A DNA stretch of 23,491 nt from a bacterium (GCA_046757525.1 JBHHYI010000055.1:1-23491); one strand, 5' to 3'; shown: positions 1-8,966, counted from the stretch's first letter. Translations and numbers: made by a program. The notes: generated by a model from the letters alone, not told the origin.

Positions 1-1264
1 ACCGCAGAAGCACCATTTGCATGACAGTGGCGGCACCCTCGGTTTTCAGCTTGTAGAAATACACGCCCGAGGCAACGTCCTCGTCGGCCTCGTTTTTACC
101 GTCCCACACAATCCCGTAGTCGCCCGGCAAGGTGTCTTCGTCCACCAGTTTTCTAATCGTTCGACCTTTTACGTCGTAGATTCTTAGCACAACGTGGGAA
201 GGAACGGCAACGGAGTAGGTTATCCGGGTTGCGGCGTTGAACGGGTTCGGATAGTTTTGGTTCAGCACGAAACCCGAGGGTGGTTGCTGACCGTCAAAGG
301 TGGCCACGGTGGTGACGCGATCCACAACGAAATCGGCGTAAACCGGCAAGTGATCCGAGGCAAAATAGAGGGCCCGGGCGACACTGTCAGGAACGGCGGT
401 GTTGATGCGGTCGATGATGGCCAGGTTAAAGTGGCGGCCATCGTTGCCAAAAGCCGTGTACGTCTCAGGCAGCAGAAACATGCTTTCCTGTACGGAAAGG
501 CTTTTGGAAATGAGCAGCAGATCGTAGCGGTCGTCCAGCCCGCCGCTGGAACCATCGTCAAATACTGAGTCGCGTGTGGACTGGGTGTGTAAAGTCGCAA
601 ACAGGGGGTTATTGTGCCAGGTACCAATGGCGTCGAGGGGATCCCACAAACGTCCGTCGTTGTCCATCTCACTCCCCGTCAACTCCTGGAAGGCCAGCTC
701 GGAGGAACTGCTCAGGTTGAAATCTCCGGCCACGATGAAATTGCTGTTGGCTGGCAGTCGATCCAGATGCTTTCTGAGGATGGTCGCTTCATTGAACCTT
801 TGATTTTCGTTGTCGAGCTCCTGCCCCGCCTTCAGGTGCACCGAGACGATCTTGAACTCGAGCGTGCCTGCGCTCAAGGTATACTCGGAAAAATCCCGCA
901 GATCGGTCTTGATTTGACTGTTGCCAACCAACGTGACCCGCTCCTTCTTGTAGTACAAACTGTTGTCCGTATCTGGCCCATTTACAAAAGGAGAACGCTG
1001 GTAAACATCGGCATGCTCGAAATTCAAAACTTCGTTGAGAAAGGTCATTTGCGCCCCTTGCGAGTCCAATTCCTGCACCACCAAAATGTCAGGATCGATG
1101 GCACGCAAAACCGTTCTAAAGAAAGGAATGCGATTGGCAGACAGATTTGAGAATTTGAGCAGATTGTAGGTAGCAACGCGGAGGGTGTCGGTCTGAGCCA
1201 GGGCAGAGCTGCCGATCAAGACCAATGAGAGGGCCGCGAAAATTCTGGCCTTGTTCAACTGCAC
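1..1264 (-). CDS. Secreted endonuclease/exonuclease/phosphatase (EEP, DNase I-like) protein with T9SS type-A/FlgD-Ig C-terminal domain, ~421 aa; stop codon cut by the window edge
   Basis: Translated by hand. GTG at 1264 overlaps the upstream TAG (TAGTG) and has GGGGA 5 nt upstream. Signal peptide MQLNKARIFAALSLVLIGSSALA-Q. EEP motifs LRVATYN, DILVVQE, VHLKA, GDFN, DDRYD, SDHLPV. CTD FVLNQNYPNPFN...WDGKNE...ASGVYFYKL...MVLLR. The frame stays open to base 2; base 1 reads T on the minus strand (probable first base of the stop). Confidence 0.92.
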   Translation of the reverse strand, partial: MQLNKARIFAALSLVLIGSSALAQTDTLRVATYNLLKFSNLSANRIPFFRTVLRAIDPDILVVQELDSQGAQMTFLNEVLNFEHADVYQRSPFVNGPDTDNSLYYKKERVTLVGNSQIKTDLRDFSEYTLSAGTLEFKIVSVHLKAGQELDNENQRFNEATILRKHLDRLPANSNFIVAGDFNLSSSSELAFQELTGSEMDNDGRLWDPLDAIGTWHNNPLFATLHTQSTRDSVFDDGSSGGLDDRYDLLLISKSLSVQESMFLLPETYTAFGNDGRHFNLAIIDRINTAVPDSVARALYFASDHLPVYADFVVDRVTTVATFDGQQPPSGFVLNQNYPNPFNAATRITYSVAVPSHVVLRIYDVKGRTIRKLVDEDTLPGDYGIVWDGKNEADEDVASGVYFYKLKTEGAATVMQMVLLR

Positions 1265-2349
1265 TAAAATCCCCGGTTAAATTCGCTGGAAAGCTTAAAG
1301 CGCACGATGCGGCTGTTGCCCGTATCGGCGACGTAGAGAATCTGGTCGTCGTCTACATCCAAAAAGGCGATGCCTTTGGGATTGCGGAACTCGCGGTCAC
1401 CGCTGCCAGTGCCGCCAAAGGAGAGGATGGCGATTTGGTTGCGGTCCTTCAAAAACTCGCCGTTGCGATTGAAAACAAAAACGCTGTCGGCCTGGGAATC
1501 GATGACGTAAATTCGCTGGGAATTGTCCACAGCGATGTCCTCGGGCATGTAATCAACAATGCCGTCTCTGGAATCGTCTTTGAAATGGTTAAAAAAATCC
1601 ACGTTGTCGGATGGCGAAATCACCGGACTGAAGGGCGGAAGCACATTCCCGCCTCGCAGCCATTGCAACCTGAAAACCTCTCCCACCTGCGAGAACACGA
1701 AGCCCTCTTCATTTAGAATGGAACTGAGGTTGCCGGTGGGAATGAGAAACGAAGTAATGCCGGTCGGCGCATTGGCTGTGCCGACCCCGGTGCCTTGAAA
1801 AACCACTGGCTTCAAGGTCTCATCGGTCGTATCGAATCGCAGGATTCTGTTGTTGCTGACATCGGTGACGTAGAATTCTTTCTGCGAACCAAAGGCTGCC
1901 ACGGCAGTAAACGAAGACGACTTGGCGCCCACGGCAACCGTGTCGATGGGAGCCTGAGCAATGAGCTGGTTCACCGCAACGAGATCGATGCGAAAAACCG
2001 CGTTGCTGCCATTTACAATCAGCAAGTTGAGATGGCTGTCCTGCCCCAAAGCCATGGGATGTTGGATTGTTTGCGAAATGCCATTGACGCGCCCGGCCTT
2101 GTCCAACATGATGACGCGGTCGTTGCCGGTGTCCGCAACATAGAGCAGGCGGTCCAGACCTGTTAAAATATCCTCCGGGCCGTTTAAATCGATTTGCAAG
2201 GCGTCGGCGCCCCAGGCAAAGGGCAGAAACTGCTCCTGCGTCGTAGACGACTGGTCAGAAGCCATGGGCAAGTCGATTTTATTGCCACACCCCCAAAAAA
2301 ATACTGCTAAGAGTAAGAAGAGAATAGGATATCTAATCTGTATCTTCAT
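1264..2349 (-). CDS. NHL-repeat beta-propeller lipoprotein
   Basis: Lipobox FWG-C after a hydrophobic stretch. NHL repeats GPEDI..LYVADTGNDRV, PEDIAVD..IYVIDS, NPKGIA..LYVADTGNSRI. Start placed at MKIQ (2349, GAAGGT upstream); the ORF extends to 2364. Confidence 0.88.
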   Translation of the reverse strand: MKIQIRYPILFLLLAVFFWGCGNKIDLPMASDQSSTTQEQFLPFAWGADALQIDLNGPEDILTGLDRLLYVADTGNDRVIMLDKAGRVNGISQTIQHPMALGQDSHLNLLIVNGSNAVFRIDLVAVNQLIAQAPIDTVAVGAKSSSFTAVAAFGSQKEFYVTDVSNNRILRFDTTDETLKPVVFQGTGVGTANAPTGITSFLIPTGNLSSILNEEGFVFSQVGEVFRLQWLRGGNVLPPFSPVISPSDNVDFFNHFKDDSRDGIVDYMPEDIAVDNSQRIYVIDSQADSVFVFNRNGEFLKDRNQIAILSFGGTGSGDREFRNPKGIAFLDVDDDQILYVADTGNSRIVRFKLSSEFNRGF

Positions 2350-2402
2350 GGTACCTTCGTGCAAAATGGTTTTTTTACTACAGGATCCTGCGTGCTCATG
2401 AG

Positions 2403-3401
2403 CTAAAACCCCAGATTAAAAGTAAAGCGGTCCAGGTTGCCCAGGATGCCAAATTGCGAGTGGCTGTAGTCTAACTGCACGTTTAAGGACTCCAGGGGCA
2501 GTTGTACTCCGAAGCCCAAACTGACGCCGCCAATATCGCCGACTTTCTTGTATCCGACCCGCAGCGCTAACTTATTGTGAAACCAGTACTCGCCGCCGTA
2601 ATTGAAGTTCTCGGAATCGTCGTTGGGGTGGTCTAGCTGAAAGGCCAGGACAGCCGTGTTGTTTTCTCGATGGAGCAAGTCAATGGCGAAGCCAACGCGC
2701 AACAACAGTGGGGCCGGAAACGATTCGAAGTCCACATCATTCCGGGGTTGCCCCAGAAAATCGGTCACGGTGCCGCTGGCTTGCAGCTCTGGGCCAAAAT
2801 TGCTGATGCTCACGGCAAACCGGGCGCCGTGAAAACCGATATCATAAATCGTACCCACATCGATGAGCACGCCAGAAACGTGCACGTCGGCCAGGCCTTC
2901 GCGCACGTATTTCAGAGTTGCGCCGGCGCTAAACTTGTCGGTGAGCTGGCGTGCGAAAGATAGGCCCACCATCACATCGCTGAAGCCAAAGGTCTCGCCG
3001 GTGCCGAAAGGCTGCACCTCTGTGGTGACGTCCATATCGTCCGTATGCAACGCAATCACGCTGACACCCACGGCGTTGTATTGCCCCACTTTGCGCACAT
3101 AGCCAACGAATTCGTGACCGATGTCGGCCAAATATTCGATGTGAGAAAAATGAATATTGTTATTCTTGAGCTGTGTGATGCCCGCCGGGTTCCAGTAGAG
3201 CGCAGAAACGTCGTTGGCAAGGGCCACAAACGCCTCTCCCATTGAAGTTGCCCGCGCCCCCACGCCAATCTTCAAGAAAGAAGCTGAGGTCGTTCCGGCC
3301 CGTTCGCCGCCGAGGCCTGGAATGAGTTGGGCGTGCACCCCTTGCACTGAAAACAACAGGCTAAGAAGTACGATGGTTTTCATTCTCATGTTGAATTTCA
3401 T
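2403..3401 (-). CDS. PorV/PorQ-family (UPF0164, FadL-like) outer-membrane beta-barrel
   Basis: Signal peptide; family signature GTTSASFLKIGVGARATSMGEAFVALANDVSALYWNPAG; alternating beta-strand pattern; C-terminal Phe. The start could be any of three Met codons (3401/3389/3383). Confidence 0.9.
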   Translation of the reverse strand: MKFNMRMKTIVLLSLLFSVQGVHAQLIPGLGGERAGTTSASFLKIGVGARATSMGEAFVALANDVSALYWNPAGITQLKNNNIHFSHIEYLADIGHEFVGYVRKVGQYNAVGVSVIALHTDDMDVTTEVQPFGTGETFGFSDVMVGLSFARQLTDKFSAGATLKYVREGLADVHVSGVLIDVGTIYDIGFHGARFAVSISNFGPELQASGTVTDFLGQPRNDVDFESFPAPLLLRVGFAIDLLHRENNTAVLAFQLDHPNDDSENFNYGGEYWFHNKLALRVGYKKVGDIGGVSLGFGVQLPLESLNVQLDYSHSQFGILGNLDRFTFNLGF

Positions 3402-3440
3402 TTGCGAATATATTTGAATTTAGTCGCAACCGACACGCGA

Positions 3441-6263
3441 CTACCAATCCACGGAAGCTCCGATGAGAACCTGACGGGGCGCTCGAAATCGAGCCGGATT
3501 AAATGGATCGATGATCGGCCGTCCAGGCTCCGTGTCGTTGAATGTGATTGGGTCAGTTGGCACCCCATCGATAATGATAAAGTCCCCGGTTCGGTAAGCA
3601 CGTCCCGTGAGACTGTTGATGATGGTATCGTTATTACGGTTGAACAGATTGGTCACTTCCGTGAAAAAGGTCATGTTTACCCCAAAAATATCAAAATATT
3701 TCTCAAAATTCAGGTCGACAACCGACCAGAAACGGGAAACTTTGCTGAAGGGGTCCTGGTTGTCCAACACGAAATTTCCTGACGGGCTCAGGATGAATGG
3801 CGTGTATCTCCGACCCGACTCCAGAAACCAGTGCATATTCAGATTCCAGTTATCCGGGATTTTCACGCCTAAGAACCTGGGACCTTCGCCTTTCTTGAGA
3901 AAAAAATTAACGATGGCGTTCAATTGGATGGGACGGTCCCAGCGCAGAAAGTTTTCCTTGATTGGCTCCTCTTGTAATTCGCCGGCAAACACCAGCAGGT
4001 TGTCCTGCGGGGAGGAATTCTTCCCTGTTGCGACCGAGAAATTGCCACTGATGGAACCAGAGATAAAGCCACCGGAGCGTTTTTTGTACTCTATTTCGAT
4101 GCCGCGCACGCGGGCAAAGTCGAGATTGATGTAGGTGAGAAAGTCAGACTGGCGGCCCCGGCCCCGCACGTTTTTGGTGGTGACATAATCGAAAATATCC
4201 CGGTTGTACAGAGTAACCGTCAGCACGTCGTTGGCAGTAAACTGGTGTTTCAAGCCCAACTCGTAGCTAACCGTGGTTTCAGGATTCAGATTGGGGTTGC
4301 CCTTTACTTGAAAGGTGGAACGGGCGCTGGAAGCCCCCAGTTGTGTGTAGACGAATTGCGGTTTGGGGCGCTTGGAAAAGTGGCCGTAGGAGAAGAAAAA
4401 TACCTGGTGGTCCGAAATGGGGTGCGAAATCCCCAGGCGTGGCATGAGCCGCCCTTTGACGCGTTGGCCCAGGAAGCCAAAGGTGTCGTCGAAATAAAGG
4501 TCGCGGCGCCGCTGCCAGATTTGCCGGTCGTCTTCGGACAACGTGGGATCCTTGCTAAATCTGTCCAGCGCGTCGACGACAAATTGCCCCGGCACCCAGT
4601 AGTCGTAGCGCAAGCCGATATTTATGATCAGCCCTTGCCGGGTGATGCGATCCTGCAAATACACAGCGCCCACCCTGGGGTTGACGCGGTAGATGTCGTT
4701 GTTCAGGCCCAGGCCACCAAACCAGGGCTTGATGATCTCCACCATCTGCATTTCCTGAAATCCGGTCTCGAAGCCGGCTTTGATCTGGTGAATTTGGTTG
4801 GGGATGATGCTAATATCGCCTCGAAGGGTGAATTCTTCCACGTAATGGTCGTGCCAGGTATCGCCGTTGCCAACGTCAAAAAAGCCGTCGGGCTTGATGG
4901 TGACGAAATCTCCGCGCGGGTCGCGAAAGTACTGGTCGTCCGGAATCCCTCCTGGCGGCACGGTCACGATGTCCTCGGCTCGAACATACTGCGTCCAGTG
5001 CAGATTGCCCACCTGGCTTCTCAGATTGGTGAAAAACCGGCTAAAACGCAACTGATAAAACGATTTGCTGCCCAGGGTTTGGGTCCAGGTCAAAGACTGC
5101 TGATTGATGTCGTGGGCGAACGTGTTGAAGTTGTCCAATATCTTCTGAAATCTGAAGGGATAGCCGGGGCCGGCTCTCTCGAATTCCAGCGTGGTCTGCA
5201 GCGCGCGGGTGTTCTGACTGGTGGTAACCGATCGGTTGAAGGAGAACTTCAGCCGATGCTGCGGTGTAATCTTCCAAATAAAATTTGCCAGGCCCGACCA
5301 TTCGTTGTTTTGACGCGGTGCGAAGACGTCCGAGACGATGGTCGGCTTTAATTCCGTTGCCTTGTTCAGGTAGCTGTCGCTGATGTAGAACGAACCGCTG
5401 GCAAAGAAATCGAGTTCGCCAGGGATTTTAATCCCTAACGGTTTCAGAAGCAAATGGCTGATGAGTTCCGGGCCAGAGAGGCTAAAATCCACCGCATCGG
5501 TATGAAAATTGGCCTGCCAATCGGGCCCAAAATGGTCCAATTTGTAAGACAGGGAACCGTGATATTTGGAGGAGCCTTCTTTTGTTTTCACCTGGACCAC
5601 GCCTGACATGGCCTGACCATATTCCGCGTCGAAGCCACCGGTGATCACCTCCACCTCCTCGATGGCGTTGGCACTCAGGCGTAGGCCGAAGCCGGTCCCG
5701 GAGAGCGGGTCCTGCACCGACAGCCCGTCCAGCAAGTAGGCATTTTCGTTCGCACGCCCGCCACGAATGTGAATTTCATCATCCATTTCCACCACGCCGC
5801 TCTGGTTCGACACAATATCCTTGACGTCTTTGACCACCGCAAACCCGATGTCTTCAGAAGTGATGCGCTTGCGCGAGGCGGTGTCCTCCACGTCCAATAA
5901 AGGCTTCTCACCGATCACCGTAACCTCCTGACCAAAAGCCAGGATGGTTGGTTGCAGTGCAATGTCGACCGTGGTGACCTCAGAGGCATTGACTTTCACG
6001 CCGGTCTTTTGCACAATTGTGTAACCGATGAACGATATCTTGAGATTGTACACGCCCGGACTCATGTTGGTGATTTCGTAGTATCCCTGCAAATCTGTGG
6101 CGGCACCGTGGTAAGTTCCGAGGACCAGGACATTCACGCCCGGCAAGCCTTCCCCGGTATCCCCGTCCGTAATGCGGCCCTGGATGGTCCCTTTGGTTTG
6201 TGCAAACACCGAGGCTGCCAACAGCCAACCAAGCGTCGTGTGGAACAAAATTTTTCGAAACAT
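3441..6263 (-). CDS. TonB-dependent receptor with N-terminal carboxypeptidase-regulatory-like domain
   Basis: Signal peptide; GTIQGRITD..TGEGLPGVNV N-terminal domain; TonB-box-like EVTVIG; plug motif IHIRGGR..ENAYLLDG and IEEVEVITGGFDAEYG; GNPNLNPETT; C-terminal aromatic residue (ASVDW). Confidence 0.95.
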   Translation of the reverse strand: MFRKILFHTTLGWLLAASVFAQTKGTIQGRITDGDTGEGLPGVNVLVLGTYHGAATDLQGYYEITNMSPGVYNLKISFIGYTIVQKTGVKVNASEVTTVDIALQPTILAFGQEVTVIGEKPLLDVEDTASRKRITSEDIGFAVVKDVKDIVSNQSGVVEMDDEIHIRGGRANENAYLLDGLSVQDPLSGTGFGLRLSANAIEEVEVITGGFDAEYGQAMSGVVQVKTKEGSSKYHGSLSYKLDHFGPDWQANFHTDAVDFSLSGPELISHLLLKPLGIKIPGELDFFASGSFYISDSYLNKATELKPTIVSDVFAPRQNNEWSGLANFIWKITPQHRLKFSFNRSVTTSQNTRALQTTLEFERAGPGYPFRFQKILDNFNTFAHDINQQSLTWTQTLGSKSFYQLRFSRFFTNLRSQVGNLHWTQYVRAEDIVTVPPGGIPDDQYFRDPRGDFVTIKPDGFFDVGNGDTWHDHYVEEFTLRGDISIIPNQIHQIKAGFETGFQEMQMVEIIKPWFGGLGLNNDIYRVNPRVGAVYLQDRITRQGLIINIGLRYDYWVPGQFVVDALDRFSKDPTLSEDDRQIWQRRRDLYFDDTFGFLGQRVKGRLMPRLGISHPISDHQVFFFSYGHFSKRPKPQFVYTQLGASSARSTFQVKGNPNLNPETTVSYELGLKHQFTANDVLTVTLYNRDIFDYVTTKNVRGRGRQSDFLTYINLDFARVRGIEIEYKKRSGGFISGSISGNFSVATGKNSSPQDNLLVFAGELQEEPIKENFLRWDRPIQLNAIVNFFLKKGEGPRFLGVKIPDNWNLNMHWFLESGRRYTPFILSPSGNFVLDNQDPFSKVSRFWSVVDLNFEKYFDIFGVNMTFFTEVTNLFNRNNDTIINSLTGRAYRTGDFIIIDGVPTDPITFNDTEPGRPIIDPFNPARFRAPRQVLIGASVDW

Positions 6264-6336
6264 CTTTACACCACCTGCTGCTATTGAATTAAAAGATCCG
6301 TGTCATCTGTAGTATTACATCTCATTTCTCGCATCG

Positions 6337-6418
6337 GTCAGGCCAGGCATCCGGCGGCTGCCGGGCGGCCCTTGACGGGCCACTCAGAGGTCCGGCCCTT
6401 GACGGACGCCCGACTGAC
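6337..6418 (-). other. GC-rich multi-hairpin element upstream of the TonB-dependent receptor gene
   Basis: 13-bp direct repeat CGGCCCTTGACGG (6366-6378, 6393-6405); hairpin CCGGCGGCTGCCGG (6351-6364); imperfect closing stem between 6337-6352 and 6404-6418. Confidence 0.5.
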
Positions 6419-6436
6419 AAAAGTGCAAAAAGAATT

Positions 6437-6592
6437 GGAACGCGGATTGCCCGGATTTAACGGATCCGAACGGATTAGCCCGACTAAATCTGTTTGCGGC
6501 AATTGACTCTGAACCGAATGGCTCATGAACCGTCTGATTGTCACAAGAAACAAATCCGCGTAAACCCGCCCAATCCGTAAAGACCGTGTTCC
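6437..6592. repeat. Long imperfect inverted repeat with periodic CGGAT units
   Basis: The left arm 6437-6476 (GGAACGCGGATTGCCCGGATTTAACGGATCCGAACGGATT) and the reverse complement of 6553-6592 (GGAACACGGTCTTTACGGATTGGGCGGGTTTACGCGGATT) are both 40 nt, with CGG at identical positions (period 9,9,10). Confidence 0.85.
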
Positions 6593-6645
6593 ATTCATTA
6601 GCGGCCGCGCCGCATTAGGATTTAAAACACACTAACATTTTTCAC

Positions 6646-6660
6646 TTGACCGGCGGTCAA
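6646..6660. promoter_or_regulatory. Perfect 7-1-7 palindrome, candidate TetR-type operator
   Basis: TTGACCG-G-CGGTCAA in AT-rich intergenic context. Confidence 0.45.
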
Positions 6661-6677
6661 AAAGAGTCTACCACAAA

Positions 6678-6767
6678 TGTCATTCAGCAGGAATCTTTTT
6701 GATTTTCAGCAAAGATGCTGCTTCGAGACTCATCTCTTAAAACTAAAAAGATTCTATCAGAATGACA
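6678..6767. repeat. TGTCATTC...GAATGACA REP-like inverted dimer
   Basis: 6678-6700 TGTCATTCAGCAGGAATCTTTTT versus the reverse complement of 6745-6767, TGTCATTCTGATAGAATCTTTTT: 19/23 identical. Confidence 0.8.
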
Positions 6768-6876
6768 GGTAAGGTATTGTTTATGTGATAGCTTCATCAT
6801 CTTGTCGAAGTTAGAAATGTTACATATTCATTTTCTGTTCTCTTGCCGCTTCGCTGCGTCCGGTTGTGAAGCCGGC

Positions 6877-8328
6877 TCACTGCGAAAAATCCTGAAAAAC
6901 TTGGTTGATCAAATCTGACGCCTGCTGTTTTTCTATTTTGTTCAACGGAAAATTGATCAGCACCACCGAACTGTTGGCACTTTTGACGGCAACAATGGGT
7001 TGTCCGGAATAGACGTTGCCCTGCACCTGAGAGGCTGGCGGCAGCCGGTACAAGGCCACAGCGCCCGGTTTAGGGTAAAGGCCAAAGATTTTGCCAATGA
7101 TGTTCAAAGAGCCAGAGGCCCTGGCGATTTTGAGATCCGGGTAGCCCGCTTCCAGGGTTTGCAAGGCAGTGCCCTGAAGGATTCTGGTTATTTCGCGGCC
7201 CAGGGTGTCGCTCACCGCTGCAATAGGCAAAAAAGTCAACAGGCTGTCCTGGCTGTCGGTAAAGTTGAACAGCCAGCGCATGCGGTCTTGCAGGGCCGAA
7301 CCTTCAAAACCGGTGAAAAGAATCTTGCCGCCAGCGCCTAAGTAACCGATAATCCCTTGCTGACTGGCTCCCAGGGTGGGAGTTCCGTCGGCCCACCAGA
7401 CCACTTTGTCAAAAAGCTTTAAAGTTTCGGTAAAATCCAGCAGGGAGGAAGGCAGCCCGTCTCTGGCTATGTCGAAGACGGAAAAGGCTTCGCCAGCAGC
7501 AGCAAACAAATCTGAAAAAAACGCCCGAATTTCTCTGTTGTTGTCCGTATCGGAATCGTCTACAAAAAGCAAATCTCCCACCACATCCCTGACGTACCAG
7601 ATGCCGTTCTCTGCGGGATGTTCCGCGATGTTGCTAAAAGCCTGACCGCGGTCGGCGGTTCGCACCAGGAACTTGTTGTCGCTGTTCAGAAGCAGCCCGC
7701 TGTCGGGGGTCAAGGTGATGAAATCCTGCGACGCCGGCAGTCTGTGCCAGACGGTGTCGACGCCCACCGGAGGATTGAGTGCGTATTCGAAGAAGGCCAG
7801 GTCCTCCGGCCCGTCGATATCGGTGCCTTGCCAGGAAAAGGTGACCACGGGGAAGGTGGTGTCCGAAGGCAGCGAGTTGAGGCGGAACTTAATTTCCGGT
7901 GCACTGTTGCGCACCGGGAAGGCCTGCGACGCCGGTGTGGGATCGATGGCCTGGTCGTCATCCACCGCTGAAATGTAAAAAGTGAAGGTGGTGTCGTTAG
8001 ACCCAACGGGGACATTAAACGTGTCGGTGAGGGCTGTGGTAAAGCCTTTCAAACCGTTGGAGTCCACCGTATCCGACAAAGAGGGCTTGCCCAAAAACGA
8101 GTAGACAAATCCGATCACCAGGCCGTCCGGGTCATCGCCCCACCAGTGCAGAACCAATTGACTGGACGAGGTGTCCACGGCCGCTGTGGAATCGGCCAGG
8201 AACACGCTCAGGTGCGTATTCGGAGGCTGGTTGGCCGAGGTGCCGGTGATGTCGTTGCTGCAGTTGAAAGCCGTAAGGATGAGCAGCAACGCTAACGGGA
8301 TTATCAGACTGGCCACTTTAAGGTTCAT
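6877..8328 (-). CDS. Lipoprotein of unknown function with two Ig/Fn3-like repeats and a C-terminal alpha/beta domain
   Basis: Lipobox AFN-C; internal repeat (NQPPNT..LHWWGDDPDG versus NSAPEI..FSWQGTDIDG); the C-terminal domain begins LLFVDD. Confidence 0.82.
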   Translation of the reverse strand: MNLKVASLIIPLALLLILTAFNCSNDITGTSANQPPNTHLSVFLADSTAAVDTSSSQLVLHWWGDDPDGLVIGFVYSFLGKPSLSDTVDSNGLKGFTTALTDTFNVPVGSNDTTFTFYISAVDDDQAIDPTPASQAFPVRNSAPEIKFRLNSLPSDTTFPVVTFSWQGTDIDGPEDLAFFEYALNPPVGVDTVWHRLPASQDFITLTPDSGLLLNSDNKFLVRTADRGQAFSNIAEHPAENGIWYVRDVVGDLLFVDDSDTDNNREIRAFFSDLFAAAGEAFSVFDIARDGLPSSLLDFTETLKLFDKVVWWADGTPTLGASQQGIIGYLGAGGKILFTGFEGSALQDRMRWLFNFTDSQDSLLTFLPIAAVSDTLGREITRILQGTALQTLEAGYPDLKIARASGSLNIIGKIFGLYPKPGAVALYRLPPASQVQGNVYSGQPIVAVKSANSSVVLINFPLNKIEKQQASDLINQVFQDFSQ

Positions 8329-8373
8329 TTGTCACGACATTGATTAAAAGTTTTTTAACCCAGAGGGCAGTAC

Positions 8374-8412
8374 TACAAGCTTGTAAGACCTTGTTTTTTT
8401 ACAAAGCTTGTA
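8374..8412. repeat. Tandem pair of near-identical palindromes upstream of the lipoprotein gene
   Basis: TACAAGCTTGTA (8374-8385) and TACAAAGCTTGTA (8400-8412). Confidence 0.6.
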
Positions 8413-8425
8413 TCCATTCAGACTC

Positions 8426-8529
8426 TCATTCCCGACTGCTTTTATCGGGAATCCACAAGTCATGCGACCTCCAGACTATTCTGCACGTGAGCAAAACATG
8501 GATTCCTGCTTAAAACATGCAGGAATGAC
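8426..8529. repeat. Inverted dimer of ATTCC-Nx-GGAAT hairpins (CGTC-REP / dRS3-like)
   Basis: TCATTCCCGA-N9-TCGGGAATCCA (8426-8455) and TGGATTCCTGC-N9-GCAGGAATGAC (8499-8529). Confidence 0.85.
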
Positions 8530-8593
8530 GACAGGCTAAAGCGTTACCAAAATTTGAAGAAAGTTTTAGCCACGGATTCACATCCGGCAACTG

Positions 8594-8759
8594 CCCATGG
8601 GCGTCAAGCCCCCAAACTGTCATTTCGACCCGGCAGCCGCCGGGGAGAAATCTGGTTTGTGCCTAAATCAGACCCCTCGACTACGTCCGGCAAAACTGCC
8701 GGACTCCGCTCGGGGTGACAGTAGGGTGGTTAGACGCCCCTTAAGTTGACGCCAAAAGG
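8594..8759. mobile_element. 166-bp MITE-like insertion with a 6-bp target-site duplication
   Basis: Imperfect TIRs CCCATGGGCGTCAA (8594-8607) and TTGACGCCAAAAGG (8746-8759), 11/14 match; direct repeat CAACTG at 8588-8593 and 8760-8765; no ORF. Confidence 0.75.
8618..8720. repeat. TGTCA...TGACA REP-like dimer inside the MITE, each arm carrying a CCGGC hairpin
   Basis: TGTCATTTCGAC-CCGGCAGCCGCCGG-GGAGAAATCT ... AGACCCCTCGACTAC-GTCCGGCAAAACTGCCGGAC-TCCGCTCGGGGTGACA. Confidence 0.8.
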
Positions 8760-8780
8760 CAACTGCTGGAAACACTGATA

Positions 8781-8849
8781 TGGCAGAATAATTGAACGGC
8801 AAAATAATGATCATTTTTGATTTGTAATGGATTTAAAATTATTCTGCCA
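8781..8849. repeat. Perfect 13-bp inverted repeat
   Basis: TGGCAGAATAATT (8781-8793) and AATTATTCTGCCA (8837-8849), with a second copy GGCAAAATAAT at 8798-8808. Confidence 0.75.
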
Positions 8850-8946
8850 ACTAACAATTTCTAGCAGAGATCATTTGCTGAAAAAAATTTTAAAAGTAGA
8901 ACCAAAATTACTTTGACTTTATTTGTTTTGAACTTAGTCGTTTCAT

Positions 8947-8966
8947 ATCGACAAAGTTTTGTCGAT
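8947..8966. repeat. Perfect 9-2-9 palindrome
   Basis: ATCGACAAA-GT-TTTGTCGAT. Confidence 0.65.

Noticed and set aside
194..1150. ORF-track entries 194-568, 262-672, 576-803 and 614-1150
   Set aside because: Antisense or off-frame shadows of the EEP gene; no motifs.
4245..5351. 368-aa plus-strand ORF
   Set aside because: Antisense shadow of the TonB-dependent receptor; no recognisable domain.
6264..6440. Cobalamin, TPP or Moco riboswitch upstream of the TBDR
   Set aside because: I could not find the conserved core motifs by eye; an Rfam scan would be decisive.
6300..6598. 68-aa and 86-aa ORFs in the intergenic gap
   Set aside because: They run through repeat elements and have no convincing RBS or protein-like features.
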